DNA of 21,058 nucleotides from Campylobacterota bacterium (GTDB lineage Bacteria; Campylobacterota; Campylobacteria; Campylobacterales; Sulfurovaceae): NCBI GenBank assembly GCA_034722955.1, contig JAYEOM010000030.1, positions 1 to 21,058 of the forward strand, read 5' to 3'. Shown piece by piece: positions 20,907 to 21,058 of this stretch (position 1 is its first letter; each line of letters starts with the position of its first letter). The notes under the pieces were generated by a model. It saw only the letters and a program-made list of their open reading frames with translations, ran no database searches and was not told where the DNA came from. The position numbers and the translations under genes were made by a program.

Positions 20907-20962
20907 GGGTCAGGTAACAAATACAACTAATTAGTTGTTGTTGTTACCTGACCCCTAGTTTT
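20899..20962. repeat. 64-bp near-perfect palindrome made of two inverted family A copies
   Basis: 22-bp perfect outer arms AAAACTAGGGGTCAGGTAACAA / TTGTTACCTGACCCCTAGTTTT, 2 mismatched pairs, then a 16-bp self-complementary core ACAACTAATTAGTTGT. Confidence 0.95.
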
Positions 20963-20963
20963 G

Positions 20964-21058
20964 ATGGATGAGGATGAAAAAGTTTTTAAAAAAATGGAGA
21001 AGAAGTTAATTCACCATATAGAAAGATATCAATATTTTGATATCCCGTACCCTACAGA
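20964..21058 (+). CDS. Start, or internal fragment, of an ORF running off the window
   Basis: MDEDEKVFKKMEKKLIHHIERYQYFDIPYPT..., open to the window end. No clear RBS before the first ATG. Confidence 0.4.
   Translation, partial: MDEDEKVFKKMEKKLIHHIERYQYFDIPYPT

Overview
Campylobacterota chromosomal segment, most likely from a Sulfurovum/Sulfurimonas-like organism (inferred from hobA, the NavAb-like channel and gene order). The core block (3187-17677) holds class II DAHP synthase, cmoA, ribF, tlyA, ligA, folP, holB, hobA, lysC and rppH on the - strand, then hemW, tatB, tatC and queA on the + strand. The left accessory zone has the 3' end of a RAYT-type Y1/HUH tyrosine transposase, a vapBC-type TA pair, a voltage-gated Na+ channel and a membrane-anchored hypothetical. 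The right accessory zone has a 5'-deleted mcrB remnant, a frameshifted mcrC, a small ORF plus a putative H-Y-type ADP-ribosyltransferase, and two hypotheticals. Two unannotated repeat families were read from the sequence. (A) A ~24-bp AGGGGTCAGGTAACAAnTACAAC motif has 6 copies, two of which form a 64-bp palindrome; it marks gene junctions and truncation points in the accessory zones. (B) A ~80-bp TTAA-bounded element has 3 copies plus a remnant; it sits inside the core block, twice beside orphan 3' gene fragments. The best candidates for new biology are a RAYT/short-repeat-delimited array of defence and TA cassettes, and a chaperone-less two-gene ART toxin module. All protein assignments are from motif recognition; no searches were run.
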